Of a stretch of 64,000 nt of DNA, positions 38,884-52,757 are shown one piece after another. The notes under the pieces were generated by a model, which worked only from the letters and a program-made list of their open reading frames with translations, was not told the origin of the DNA and made no database searches. The position numbers and the translations under genes are program-made. The DNA comes from Eledone cirrhosa. Lineage: Eukaryota. Position 1 is the first letter of the stretch, and each line of letters begins with the position of its first letter. The stretch lies in assembly GCA_964016885.1 (NCBI GenBank), contig OZ024744.1, positions 92,380,001 to 92,444,000 on the forward strand, written 5' to 3'.

Positions 38884-38943
38884 ATACATAATACATACAC
38901 ATATATATATATGTGTGCATACATATATATACATATATATATA

Positions 38944-39045
<102 letters not shown>

Positions 39046-39474
39046 ATAATAATAAAATTATATATATAGTAATAATAATAAAATCCAAAGAGGGCTCGAT
39101 AAGGAAAATATATATCAAATATATAAGAACCGTAGAGCAAATATTTATTAAAATAACAGATTAAAGTTTAAGCAAAGAATCGCTGCTTTCACCCTTAACG
39201 GGATCTTCTGAAACTAACAAAGTCAATCTGTAAACGCAGAACTGGATATTTAAAAAAACGTTGCAACCGGAGGAAGACAGGAAGACGATACTTTGGTTCG
39301 TGGAAACGTTCGCTGGCAAAGAACGGGAAAAAACAAATAATACGTCATTAATATATATATATGAGTTCAAATCCCGCCGAGGTTGACTTTGCCTTTCATC
39401 CTTACGGGGTCGATAAAATAAAGTACCAGTAATGCACTGGGTAATTGCTGGCCTTGTGCCTAAAGTAGAAACAA

Positions 39475-39546
<72 letters not shown>

Positions 39547-39597
39547 TAAATATATATATATATATATAATGTATATATATATATATATACATATATA

Positions 39598-42020
39598 GTT
39601 AGGCAGCGGGACAGGCAGATAGTGTCTAATACCAAGGCATACCCTGGGGAAGAATGTACCCCACAGCATAGGTCAGTCGTTAGTGATATCTCAGTAAGCA
39701 AGAGATGGAATGAGTCATACAGGAAGGTGTGGAGAAGAAAGGTCTGGAAGCTAAAATACCTTTCACTAAAATACAAATTTAGGAAAGCCCTTCAAGATGT
39801 ATATGACGAAAAAGAAGACGATTTAGAGATGTATGACAGATAATAACTGGAATTTCTTACGTGACAACTTACTGCAGGCTACTGATGAAACTTGTGGCTG
39901 GAGCAGAGCTCCAACCAGACAGAGAGTGACCTGGTGGTGGAACAGCACAGTAGATAGGGCCATTAGAGACAAAAGACTAGCATGGAATATGGGTGGGAGT
40001 AGGGAAGAATATACAGCCGCTAAGAGAGAAGCTAGACGTCAGGTGTACTTAGCACGCAGGGAGGCTGAGAGTAGGAGGTTTGCCAAAGTTCTGCGACGGG
40101 AAGATCAGAGGCGTGCGGTGTTCCACATTGCAAGGCAGTGTGTCAATGCAAATCAGGATTTTGTTGGAGATAAATGTGTCCGGAAGATGCCGGTGTACTT
40201 AATGTCACGAATGATCAGAAAAAGGAGGCCTGGAAATGTCATTATGAGAGACTGATGAATGTGGAGAACGAATGGGAGAGAGAGAAATTACCCTCAGTAG
40301 ATCCGACAGAGGGACCAGCTATTGAGATTGATGGATATAGGGTCCAAGAGGCGATTAAGGAAATGAAAAATGGTAAGGCTGCTGGACCATCGGGGATAGT
40401 TGCTGAGATGCTGAAGGCATCAGGAGAAGTAGGCACTAAACTGGTTGCACGCATCATCAATCAGGCTATATACGGTGGTGTCATACCCAAAGACTGGTGT
40501 AGCAGTATTCTCATAAATTGCTACAAAGGTAAAGGGGGATGCTCTGGAGAGGAGCAATTATAGGGGTATAAAACTGATGGCTCAGGTTATGAAAGTGGCA
40601 GAAAGGATATTAGCACAACTAATTAGAGAAAGAGAAAGGGTCAAACTAGATGAGATGCAGTTTGGTTTTGTGCTTGGGAAGAGTACAACAGATGCCCTCT
40701 TCTTGGTGAGACAATTGCAAGAGAGGTTCTTAGAGAAAATTAAGCCACTATACTTAGCCTTTGTTGACCTAGAGAAGGCCTTTGATAGGCTACCCCGATC
40801 TGTCATCTGGTAGTCCCTAAGGAAATTAGGTGTTGAGGAATGGCTTGTGAGGACAGTGCAAGCTATGTACAGAGGTGCTGTCAGTAAAGTAAGGGTAGGA
40901 ATGGAGTTTAGTGAGGAATTCCAGGTACAAGTAGGAGTACATCAAGGTTCGGTCCTCAGCCCGCTCTTGTTCATTATAGTTCTCGAAGCCATAACAGAGG
41001 AGTTTAAGACTGGCTGTCCATGGGAACTTCTCTATGCTGACGATCTGGTTCTTATAGCAGAATCAGTAGAGGAGCTAGAGAATACATTCTGGCTATGGAA
41101 ACAGCAGTTGGAAGCAAGAAGACTGAGAGTGAACCTAGCTAAGACAAACGTGTTGATGAGTAGAAAAGAGGACAAAACTCTGATTCCGTCAGGGAAATGG
41201 CCATGTTCGATATGCAGAAAAGGAACTCTATAAAATGCACACATTGCAGATCCTGGGTACACAAGAGATGTAGCGGGATAGCAGGCAAACTAACAGGTAG
41301 GGAGAAATACGTGTGCAGTAGATGTACAGGGAAATTAGACACTAGAAGTCACATTGATAGACACATTTTCTAAATGCAGGCGGGTGCTATAGAAGTGGTG
41401 GATAGCTTCCGGTACCTAGGAGATCAGATTAGCATGAGAGTGGGGGGTGTTCCGAGGCAATAGTATCTAGAATAAGGACGGGTTGGAAGAAGTTTAGGGA
41501 GCTGCTTCCTCTGCTGACGAAGAAGGGTTTCTGCCAGCGTACAAAAGGCCGATTATATGATGCCTGTGTGAGGAGCGCGATGCTGCATGGTAGTGAGACA
41601 TGGGCGGCAACTACAGAGGATATGCGACGGCTGGAGAGAAATGAGGCAAGCATGCTCCGTTAGATATGCAATGTCAATGTGCATGAACGATCCAGCATGA
41701 ATGTGTTGAGAGAGAAACTGTGTCTGAGAGGGATAGAATGTAGTGTGCGGGAGAGGAGACTGAGGTGGTATGGACATGTGATGCGCATGGTGGATGACCG
41801 ATGGGTGAAGAAGTGCTAGGAAATGCCAGTTGAAGGAAGACGTGGTAGAGGTAGACCACGAAAAACATGGACGGGGGTGGTGAGAACAGACCTCAGATCG
41901 CTGAAGCTCACTGTGGAGATGACGAAGGAGCGTGACGAGTGGAGAGATGCTGTGCTGAATAAGATCTGTCCCACTCTTGCAAGCAGGGGAAAAGCGGACG
42001 TAAAATGATGATGATGATGA

Positions 42021-42022
<2 letters not shown>
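39598..42022 (+). mobile_element. RTE-clade LINE, second subfamily, degenerate
   Basis: [53 protein letters not shown]. Ends AAAAGCGGACGTAAAA followed by (TGA)n. Confidence 0.92.
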
Positions 42023-42088
<66 letters not shown>

Positions 42089-42127
42089 TAATATACATAT
42101 GTACATACATACACATACATACATTCG

Positions 42128-42189
<62 letters not shown>

Positions 42190-42212
42190 AATATATATAT
42201 GTGTGTGTGTGC

Positions 42213-42252
<40 letters not shown>

Positions 42253-42649
42253 TATCGAGAATCGGAATTTCGGCCCACGAAATAACGAAACACAATCTTC
42301 GAAATGCGTGGCAAAGGGCTCAATAGTTTGGATAAACCAGAGCTATAACTATCGTTTAAATACCAACACACGGAGACACTGCTTAAAATCACTCGCACAG
42401 CCGAAAAAAAACGACCAGGAAAATTCGGGTCAGACAAATAATAATATAAATGAATGAAAAATCTTTACCCGGACCCGCTAGAATGATGGTAAAATCCAGC
42501 TTTTTGGTTTCTGCGGTTCCTAAATCAGTTACCGTCAGCCTACATAAAAAATTTTCGGCTTCTGGCAGAAAGATGAACGAGGAAAACCACTTTCTCAACA
42601 GGCATTTCGTTCAAAAATACAGAAGAACCCGTTACTAAATATATATATA

Positions 42650-42856
42650 TAGGAACCAGTAAGACCCCGACGGCTGAGCTCAAGCCGTTTCGACGGCTAA
42701 TTCTGATCTAAAATCAGTCCAGAATTAGCCGTCGAAACGGCTTGAGCTCAGCCGTCGGGGTCTTACTGGTTCCTATTACCCACTCTACTACCCTAAGTAT
42801 TGAGTACTTTGGTGCGTTATGGTCCACCTGGTTCCTTACCACATTTCCTTCGTTAT
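42650..42856. mobile_element. fold-back element in (TA)n, same family as 11019
   Basis: Near-perfect ~55-bp inverted arms around 42706-42720. Confidence 0.6.
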
Positions 42857-42900
42857 ATATATATATATATATATATATAGATATATATATATATATATAT

Positions 42901-43340
42901 GGAAAGTTATATTTAAATTGTTGGGTTACAACTAGTAAATATTTATAACTGATATAAAAGCACTCAACAAGTATTTGGAGTATATTTACGATATTAAATA
43001 AATGGAAACTATATTTATAAAACCATATTTATTTCATTATATATATTTCAGGGATATCATATTAACAATATGCTATGCCTTCCTCAGACAAAATACAATA
43101 TAGACAGTTTTATAGATAAATAGATTTGACATACCGTTCAACATCGACTTGTATTTGAAAAAAAAAAAAAAAAATACAAGTCGATGTTGAACGGTATGTC
43201 AAATCTATTTATCTATAAAACTGTCTATATTGTATTTTGTCTGAGGCAGGCATAGCATATTGTTAATATGATATCCCTGAAATATATATAATGAAATAAA
43301 TATGGTTTTATAAATATAGTTTCCATTTATTTAATATAAT
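42901..43340. mobile_element. Penelope-like fold-back terminus with 166-bp inverted arms, each carrying a hammerhead motif
   Basis: Arms at 42991-43156 and 43172-43337 around an A-rich loop. Homologous to 21089-21340. Confidence 0.7.
43030..43095 (-). ncRNA. putative minimal hammerhead ribozyme
   Basis: Minus strand reads TATTTTGT-CTGAGGA-AGG...CCT-GAAA-TATATA-TA-ATGAAATA, with all core positions intact. Confidence 0.65.
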
Positions 43341-43387
43341 ATATACATATGTACATACTTACCTATATACATACATGCATACACACA

Positions 43388-43418
<31 letters not shown>

Positions 43419-43834
43419 TCACACACACACACTCACACACGCATATAGTTAAAACCTGAAAGTGACAATGCACAGAAGCATATTTAAAAATTATTTTTTC
43501 TTTAATCCGACAGAACAAATAATTTTTTTAAAATAATTATTGCATTGAATATAACCAGTTTCGATAGATATAATAATATTTGTTTCTACTTTAGGCACAA
43601 GGCCAGCAAATACTCAGTTCATTACTGGTACTTTATTTAATAGATATAATAATATTAGATATTAAATATTTAAAAAAGCGTTTTTTTCAAGTTTTCTGTG
43701 AGCATTTCAAATATATGAGAGTTTTCTGTTAAAATGTCTTCTTATATATATTATATATATGTGTTTTTTTCTTATAAAGGTGTGGTGTTGAATTTGGGGG
43801 TGGGGATGGGGTTCTACTAGTGAGGAATTCAATC

Positions 43835-44135
43835 TTGCAATCAAAAGGTTGTGAGTTCAATTCTCAGACCGGATGATGTGTTGTTTCTTTGAGCAAGACA
43901 CTTTATTTCACATTGCTCCAGTTTACTCAGCTGTAGAAATGAGATGATAGGGACTGGGGTCCATATCATTCCACTGTAAAGTGGTCGTGGAGGTGCCACG
44001 GCAAAAAAGCACCCAGCACTCACTGTAAATGAGGTTGGTGTTAGGAAGGGCATCCAGCTGTAGAAATCAAGCCATAATCAGTTCTCGTCCCACCCTTGCA
44101 AGCAGGGAAAAAGCGGACGTAAAATGAAATGATGA
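43835..44135 (+). mobile_element. SINE family B, 5'-truncated
   Basis: Near-identical to 29535-29850. Confidence 0.85.
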
Positions 44136-44290
44136 TGAAATGAAGGGAACTATATATATGTATATGCATAAGGAAAGTATATATATATATGCATAAGGAA
44201 ACTATATATATATGCATAAGGAAAGTATATACATATATGCATAAGGAAAGTATATACTTTTAGACGTTCAATCATCTGACAGAAAGGTAT

Positions 44291-44333
44291 ACGATACTGA
44301 CGATAGCTAATAAGCTTGAAACTAGTACATCGT
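44291..44333 (+). ncRNA. putative minimal hammerhead ribozyme
   Basis: ACGATA-CTGACGA-TAGC TAATAA GCTT-GAAA-CTAG-TA-CATCGT. Stem III is the palindrome ACTAGT. There are mismatches next to the core. Confidence 0.5.
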
Positions 44334-44601
44334 TCCTGTTGCCGAACACTGTACGGCGTAATTCGGGCTGTTTGTTTGTTTACAAACAAACCGAGCATTA
44401 TAATAAATGTTCGGTAAACCGATACGTGCATATATATATGTGTGTGCATGTATGTATATATATATATATACATACTACTTCCACGCTAGCATTGGTTAGA
44501 CGGGAGTTGTCCCACTTGAGGCAAGATTGGTTGGGTAACCGTGTATCACTCGTAAAGGACTATCTGACAGGTTTTCTACGACTGGATGCCCTTCCTAACA
44601 C

Positions 44602-44643
<42 letters not shown>

Positions 44644-45273
44644 CAGTCGATCGACTTTCGTCAAATCGGACCGAGGAAACAATGTTTCCATTGGTTTTCC
44701 CAATTGTTAATACTATCTATTGGCCGCAACTCCAGGTAGAAGGAGCAGCATAAAATAAAGTGTATTGCATTTATTATGCAACAATGCACAATTGGCGCAT
44801 GTGGCTTCATCAGTGGGTTTCGCCTAATCAATAATAAATTGATCGACAGAATTCGATTCTAGTTCGTGACCGCCAACACAGTAAAACATTAGCAACTGAA
44901 ATCCCTATGCATCATCATAATGCCATCAGTCAATTGGCCATTGATTCAGAAATTTACGTGACGGCAGGAGACGTAATTCAAATAGTTCCACTCCTGCCAT
45001 AAGCTCTCAGCCAACGTATCTCAACACGCAAATTAACAAGCGAGTGAAATATCGGTTATTAAAAGATTCAGGACCCTGACAGCTGAGCTCCAGCCATTTC
45101 GGCAGCTAGATCTGAACCGTCGGGGGTCCTGAATCTTTTCATATAACCCACTCTACTACCCCAAGTATCAAGTACTCTGGTGGGTTATGGTCTAGCTGGT
45201 TTTTACCACACCCTATCTGATATATGTATATGTATATAATAATAATAAAATGTGGAGAGGAAGCACACAAGTT

Positions 45274-45346
<73 letters not shown>

Positions 45347-45350
<4 letters not shown>

Positions 45351-45684
45351 GAAAACAGGGAGAAAAGACTATTATTAGGAAGAAAAAAAAATGTTTTTCC
45401 CTTTTTATTTTTTTCTCTCTTTTTTCTGGGTTAGAAAATGATTAAAACGAAATGTTTTACTTAAAAATGCTGAAACCGGTAATAGACAATTATTAAATAT
45501 ATAAATAAATAAATAAATGGCATTGTTAATTAATAAATAAATCAACTAATACCTTAACACTTCACACAAAGTAAAATATTTCGTTTTAATCATTTTCTAA
45601 CCCAGAAAAAAAGAGAGAAAAATAAAAAGGGGAAAAAAAAAATGTTTCTTCCTAATAATCGTCTTTTTCTCCCTGTTTTCATAT
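45347..45684. repeat. fold-back element in (TA)n with ~105-bp inverted arms
   Basis: GAAAACAGGGAGAAAAAGAC...AAAACGAAAT versus TTTCGTTTT...CTCCCTGTTTTC. The spacer contains GAAACCGGTA, resembling a hammerhead 3' half. Confidence 0.65.
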
Positions 45685-46189
45685 ATATATATATGTGTAT
45701 ATATATATATATATATATAGTGACGAAACATAAGTCAATTGCATGAACTCATAATCCTTTATTTACTGCTATATATATTTCGATGATAGCCATTGAATGG
45801 CTATGACCTCGTCAGGCAGTTAGTCAGTTCTCAGAGCCTTGGGACATATGTATATATATATAGTGGTAGAACACTGGAAGGTAATATCCGTAGTGGTAGA
45901 GCACTCAGTCCATGGGACGAGTTAGGTAGAAGTAGTTACACAACAGTTAGTTCACCATACCGAGAACAATTGTTTCACCTTAGCGGATCCTCAGCTCGTA
46001 ATGGGCATGGTTATATATATATATATATATATATATAGTAATAATAATAAATTTGAAGACTAAAATCCAAAGAGGGCTCGATAAGGATAAATATATATAA
46101 AATATTTCAGAAGATCCCGTTAAGGGTGAAAGCACCGATTCTTTGCTTAAACTTTAATCTGTTATTTTAATAAATATATATATATATAT

Positions 46190-46432
46190 ACTATCTGGCC
46201 CGTCCGGCTGGTGCCCGGCTAGGTATACCTGCCCCACCACTCCACTGCAAAGATACCACACACCCTCCCGCGTCACATTGTCCTTCTGACTCTCTCTCTC
46301 TCTCTCTGAATAACTAACACTTTAATTGTATCTCTCTCTGTCTAACGGCCTACCTCTCTCTTTTCCCCTCCCTCTGTTTTTCTGTCTCTCTCTGTAGATG
46401 TGTGTGTAGTTTTCCTAATCTTTCTCTCTCTC

Positions 46433-46498
<66 letters not shown>

Positions 46499-46760
46499 CC
46501 CCTCTCTCTCTCTCTCTCTCTATCTCTATCTCTCTCTCTCTGTATATATTGAAGGGAGATACGGAAACTAAAACAGTGTTGTCATATAGAGAGTGAAGAG
46601 TGACAGAGAGAGTAAAGCAGTTAAATTATAAAGAGGGGGAATGATCTATTATAGAGAGAGGGAAGAGCGATGGAGAGAGTAAAGCTAAGAAACTATAGGG
46701 AGGTGTGTAGGATACATATATAATACATACACACGACACTGAGCCTTATAATATTATAGA
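46190..46760 (+). mobile_element. possible non-autonomous Helitron-like element with internal (CT)n/(GA)n
   Basis: Starts TACTATCTGGCCCG...CCCGGCTAGG and ends CACGACACTGAGCCTTATAATATTATAGAT; TA-flanked. Confidence 0.3.
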
Positions 46761-46877
46761 TATATATATATTCAAATTCTCCGGTTTTTTTTTTTTCACG
46801 GATTTTCAATTAATATTGTACATGTTTTTAATAATGTCTCATTCTGGTGGACCCTTCCTAAAAACTAATCTTCTAGT

Positions 46878-47062
46878 ATGGATTGGCAGTATCGGCAGAG
46901 AGTCGGACGCCATGCTTTCCAGCATAGTTACGTCCCTTTACGGTCTGAGTTCAAAATCCCGCCGAGGTTCACTTTGCCTTTCATCCTTACGGGATCGATA
47001 AAATAAAGTACCAGTAATGTACTGGGTAATTGCTGGCCTTGTGCAAAAAAGTAGAAACAATA
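46878..47062 (+). mobile_element. SINE family A
   Basis: A-box TGGCAGTATCGG, B-box-like GTTCAAAATC, tail GTAGAAACAATAATTATT. Confidence 0.85.
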
Positions 47063-47079
47063 ATTATTAATTAATTATT

Positions 47080-50000
47080 CTAGAACCTTCCTGCATCTCC
47101 CTCGCTAACTTTGTGAACATTTTGGTCCAACCATAACTCAGCGGCTTTAGTAAGTTCCCTAACAAATCATTATAGCAAAGCTACCACCTCGGTTACTACT
47201 CCTTAAGCTTAGATCTGTTTGATGGGTGGACTGCGGAAATTTGGAAAGTCTAAGCATTCAATGACAATGTCACAGATAAAGATAAATTCACCTCCCATTG
47301 CAGGACGAGAATACAAGGACCCCTCTTTATTTGAGACACAGATGACCAACATAATTACGTCTCCCACACCCTTCCCTGCCCTTCCAACCCATATATCCCA
47401 CCCTCCCAACTTCAGAGTTGGTACCATGAACGTAGGCACATTGTAAGGTCGCTCAAATGAGGTTGTAGAGATGCTTGAACGTAAAGAAGTTGATGTTTGT
47501 TGTATTCAAGAGACTAGGTGGAGAGGGGGGATCTGCCAGATTCATCGTGGGTAAAAAACGATGCTATAAACTTTTCTGGGTGGGAAATGACAATGGACAG
47601 GGTGGTGTAGGAATTATGTTAGCTGAAAAATGGGTAGATAAGGTAATTGATGTAAATAGAGTGAATGACAGAATAATTAAAATAAGACTAGTTCTAAATA
47701 AAACTACTGTGACAATAATATCCGCTTATGCACCCCAATCTGGCCTACCTGATGTTATAAAGGAGAGGTTCTATGAGTCGCTAATGCACACTACCTCCCA
47801 AATAACCGACAACGACTACTTAATAATTGGTGGCGACCTAAACGGTCACGTTGGACAACATAGTGATGGCTATGATGAATTCCATGTAGGATATGGGGTT
47901 GGAAATAGAAATGATGAGGGCTTCAGAATCCTGGAATTCTGTGATGCTAATAACCTAACTATCTGTAACACAAACTTCAAAAATGAGAAAACCACTTGAT
48001 CACTTATAGATCAGGGGAACACGCCAGCCAGATAGATTATATCCTTACTAGAAGACGGGACAAAATGTCTGTGGTAAACACTAAATCCCTTCCCCGTGAA
48101 GAATGCACCTCCCAACATAGCCTAGTAGTTAGTGACCTCATAGTCAGGAATAGACGTACTCGACGACAGAGGTGGCCTACCTTGAGAAGAATATGGAAGT
48201 TGAAGGACCCATAGCCAGTGACAAATTTAAAAGCTTATTACTTGATGCCTTTGACAATAAGGAAGAGCAATTAGAGACGTGCAATATAGAGGAACAGTGG
48301 CAATTCTTGAAAGTGAACCTGCTGAAAGCAACGGATGAAATCTGTGGCTGGAGCAGACCTATTGGCAGGAGGAGAGTAACTTGGTGGTGGAACAGTAAGG
48401 TGGAGGAGACAATCAAGGCCAAAAAGCAGGCTTGGAAAGTATAGCAGGCTGGGGGAAGTAGAGAGCACTATCAAGTGGCCAGGAGACAAGTGTACCTTGC
48501 AAAAAGGGAAGCAGAGGATAGAAAGTTCAAGCGTGTTCTACAACGTGAGGACCAAAAACATGAGGTGTTCAGGATTGCTAGACAATGTGTCAAGGAAAGC
48601 CGTGATATTGTCGGGGAGAAGTGTGTCCGTAATGATAACGGTGTACTTGCCCTCACTGATACTGATAAGAAGATAGCCTGGAAGTGTCACTACGAGAGAC
48701 TATTAAATAAGGAGAATAAATGGGAAAAAAATAGTCTGCCCCAAATTGATCCAATAGAAGGACCAGCGGTGCAAGTTAAAGGTAGTATAATAAGTAAGGC
48801 AATCAAAGATATGAAGACAGGCAAGGCAGCTGGGCCTTCAGAGATAGTTGCTGAGATGTTGAAGGCATCTGGAATGGTGGGACATACTATGGTCACCTGT
48901 ATAGTTAACCAACTAATACAGAATGGGGTCACACCAAAAGACTGGCGTAGCAGCATCATCATTAACAGCTACAAGGGTAAAGGGGATGCTCTAGATAGGG
49001 GAAACTATAGAGGCATTAAGTTAGTTGACCAGGTCATGAAGGTCACAGAAAGAGTTATAGCGCAACTAATCAGAGAGCGAATTGATCTAGATGAAATGTA
49101 GTTTGGGTTTGTGTCAGGTAAAAGTACCACAGACGCTCTTTTCCTTGTATGACAACTATAGGAGAAGTACCTATCTAAGAGTAAACCCCTCTTTTGTAGA
49201 CTTGGAGAAAGCCTTTGACAGAGTGCCCCCGCTCCATTATCTGGTGGGCTTTTAGAAAACTAGGTGTAGATGAATGGCTCGTGAGAGCTATACAAGCCAT
49301 GTATAAAGAAACAGTCAGTATCGTTAGAATTAACAATGAATATAGTGAAGAATTTAGTATAAAAGTTGTTGTTCACCAAGGCTCTGTCCTTAGCCCCTTC
49401 CTATTTAATATTGCCCTTCAGGCTATAACAGAGAAGTTCAAGACCGGCTGCCCATGGGAACTCCTATATGCAGATGATCTAACTCTCATAGCTGAATCTA
49501 TGGCTGAACTAGAGAAGAAATTCCAAACATGGAAGCATGGCCTAAAATCAAAAGGCCTTAAAGTTAACTTGTCTAAGACTAAAGTTCTAGTTTGTAGAAA
49601 GGAAAATAGGGCACAGGTGCCCTCAGGGAAATGGCCATGCTCAGTGTGTAAGAAAGGAGTAGGCAGAAATTCCATTTTATGTCCCAAATGCAAATTATGG
49701 GTACATAAAGTTGTAGTGGGATCACAGGTAAACTATCTAAGAACGTAGATTTTATATGTGGCGATGCTCAGGTGCAATAAGTAGCAAGTGCCCACAGGAT
49801 ACTAGCCCCTTCTATTGCCCAGATGGTTCTATAGAAATAGTAGACATTTTCCGTTACCTGGGTGATGAAATCAGCAGTGGTGGAGGTTGCTCTGAAAGTA
49901 CAGTAGCCAGAGTCAGAACGGGATGGAAAAAGTTCAGAGAGCTTATAACACTGTTGGCCACAAAAGGCTTCTCTCTAAAAATGAAAGGCAGACTGTATGA

Positions 50001-50822
50001 TGCCTGTATACGAACAGCAATGTTACATGGCAGTGGGACATGGGCATTACGTGCAGAGGACCTGCGCAGACTGGAAAGGAACGAAGCATGCATGCTCCAT
50101 TGGATGTGTAATACGTGAATAGCAAAGCATAAATGAACTAAGTGAGAAATCAGGAATAAGAGGGATAAGATGATGTTTACTTGAGAGAAGACTACATTGG
50201 TATGGCCACGTGATGCCCATAAAAGACGACAGCTGTATAAAAACTGCAGGGCGATCAAAATTGATGGTAGCCACGGAGTAGGCAGACCCAGAAAAACCTG
50301 GGACGATCTGATAAATTCCGACCTTGCACCTCTCTAAGATAATGTCACTGGACCGAGATCTTTGGCGCTATGCAGTAATACAGAAGACCCGCCTTGCCTA
50401 TATACAAAGCCAAACCTACAGTCAGAGGCACCTCTTAACCAAAAATACACCCCATCCCACTACCCCTACCCTATCCTCCCACTCCCACCAACACCACCCT
50501 CTCTCTGTAAAGTTGGTACCACAACATCCAGTCCAAATAAATGAGATAATGAGATCGAGATAGTGTAGGTGTCATGACAGAAAAACACACAGTCCACGCT
50601 GTAATGTGGCCGTGTAGGTTACATGGTAAAAAGTTCCCAGTTCCACACTGTAAATGTGGTTGGTGTTAGGAAGGGCATCCATCCGTAGAAAACCTGCCAG
50701 ATAGTCCTATATGAGCGAGACACGGTCACCTGACCAACCTTGCCTCAAATTGGGACAACTCCCATTTAACCCATGCTAGCGTGGAAGATGGACGTTAAAT
50801 GAAGATGATGATGATGATGATA
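47080..50822 (+). mobile_element. near full-length RTE LINE (APE, RT, PHD), pseudogenised
   Basis: GTMNVGTL, CCIQETRW, SAYAPQ, GGDLNGHVG, SQIDY, RT motifs, PHD finger, 3' UTR ending CCCATGCTAGCGTGGAAGATGGACGTTAAA followed by (TGA)n. Several stops and frameshifts. Confidence 0.93.
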
Positions 50823-51169
50823 ATATATAGGGAGGTGCATAGTTTCAACACCTCACTATAGAAACTATTCCTAAAAGAGTTGAACGGACTTATTAGTATA
50901 GGTAATCTATATGATACCTGCACCCAATGTGATACATACGATACATGTTGTAAAGTGGTTGGTGACATGAAGGGCTTCCAGCTGCAAAAGATCTCTAAAA
51001 TATTCTGTCCAAATCCATGCCAGCATGGAAAAGTCAACATGTACATGATGATGATGGTAATGGTAATGGTAATGGTAATGAATTCTTTTGAAATAACCAT
51101 AATCCAATTCCTTTTTTTATTTTTTGTTACTAATCAGTAGCTAAATAATTTGTTTTAAAGTATGATAAA

Positions 51170-51725
51170 CACACCCAGTATATGCTGTAAAGTGGTTGGT
51201 GATAGGAAGGGCATCCAGCTATATAAAGCTTGCTAAAAAGAGAGTTGGGAGATCACTTCAGCTGTGTCAAAGACATGACAGCCTCTCTAGTAACGGTCAT
51301 CAATGCAATAAATGCACCCAGTACACTCTGTAAAGTGGTTGCTGTTAATAAGGGCAACCAACCATAGAAAACTTGCCAAACAAAGAGTCGGGAGGACTCT
51401 TCAGTTGTGCCAAAGACATGACAACCTCTCTTGTGTTAGTGATCTACATAGTAAATACACTTAGTACATGCTTTAAAGGGGTTGGTGTTAGGAAGGGTAT
51501 CCATCAGTAGGAAGCTTGCCAAACAAAGGGTTGGGAAGACTCTTCAGTTGTGTCAAGGGCATGACAACCTCCCTAGTATCGGTCTTCAATGCAATAAAAG
51601 CACCAAGTACACTCTGTAAAGCGGTTGGTGATAGTAAGGGCATCCAACTGTAGAAAGTTTGTGAAACAAAGATTTGGGAGGACTCTTCAGGTGTGTCAAA
51701 GACATGACAACTTCTCTTGTGCTGA
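51170..51725 (+). repeat. about 4 tandem ~144-bp units derived from a SINE/RTE tail
   Basis: CACCCAGTA..GTAAAGTGGTTGGTG..AGGAAGGGCATCC recurs at ~51172, 51316, 51458 and 51601. Confidence 0.75.
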
Positions 51726-52301
51726 TGGAAGGGATTGCTTCGTCTAAATTTGACATTCCTTATGAGTTTGAATAATTCCTTTTCAAATGGTAGTAGAGTT
51801 GGGTTCTAAAGACTAAAAGTCTAAAGGCTGTCTTGAGCCTAGAGGCTCATCAGGTTGGTACTTATCTCAATTTCCAGGACATTAAGCAGCTGAGAGTACA
51901 AGACCTCCCCTGGAGAGGAAACCAGTCCATCGCAGAGTTAAACTCCCCTCCCCCAGCTACTGCTGGAACTCATTTTCAGTTATGTATAATGGAGCAACAT
52001 GAAATGAAGTGTTTTGCTCAAGAACACCCCACACAACTCAGTACAGGAATTGAACCCACAACTTTATGATTGTAAGTCCAACACCCTTACCACTGAGTAT
52101 ACTAGAACAGCGGGAAATGAAGTGTTTTACTCAAGAACAACACTCAAATCCAGTCCAGGAATTGAATTCATGACATTATGATTATAAGTCCAACTGTTAG
52201 CCCATGGGTTGCTAGGAGGGGTATTGTAGGTTTTGAATTCTATCATTTTCTGGTGATTATCAGCTTGGTGGTCGAAACAGGTGCCTTTGTCCTTGAAAGA
52301 A

Positions 52302-52361
52302 TCAGTTTTTTAGATGAGGATTTTCAGATTTTAGAAAAGATTTTCTAGATAAACAATCTTT
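52302..52361 (-). CDS. putative terminal coding exon of a host gene
   Basis: Branch-like CTAAT, long pyrimidine tract and TAG acceptor at 52362-52363. Phase 0 reads KDCLSRKSFLKSENPHLKN*. Confidence 0.35.
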   Translation of the reverse strand, partial: KDCLSRKSFLKSENPHLKN

Positions 52362-52684
52362 CTAGAAAAAAAAGAAAAAGAATTAGACAAATTATATGGT
52401 AAAACCCACCATATAATTTGCCTAGTTCCAGCAGCAAAAGTTTCATTATTGAAATAGTAACTTAACATTTGATTCTTTTATAAAATATGTTGGAAGATTT
52501 TAAATTACATAGAAACACTTTAAAACATGGTGGTTTTGTTTTATAGAACTAGAATTGGTTTTGATCAAATTGGTAACAAAAGGGTTAACTTATATGACTA
52601 TAGTCATTAACAATGTGTAATTTAAAGTGTGTAAAAATCAATATAGACAAGACATGAATCTGGTCAGCTTGGATAAATAATTAC

Positions 52685-52757
52685 CATTTTTGCTTTCTTC
52701 GTTTCCACCATCAACCTCCACACCCAAGCCATACCATCCAACCCCACCCCAAATGTA
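52685..52757 (-). CDS. putative 73-nt internal exon, possibly the end of a WD40-like repeat
   Basis: Acceptor TTTCCCTGTCAG and donor ATG|GTAATT. Reads TFGVGLDGMAWVWRLMVETKKAKM in non-repetitive sequence. Confidence 0.4.
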
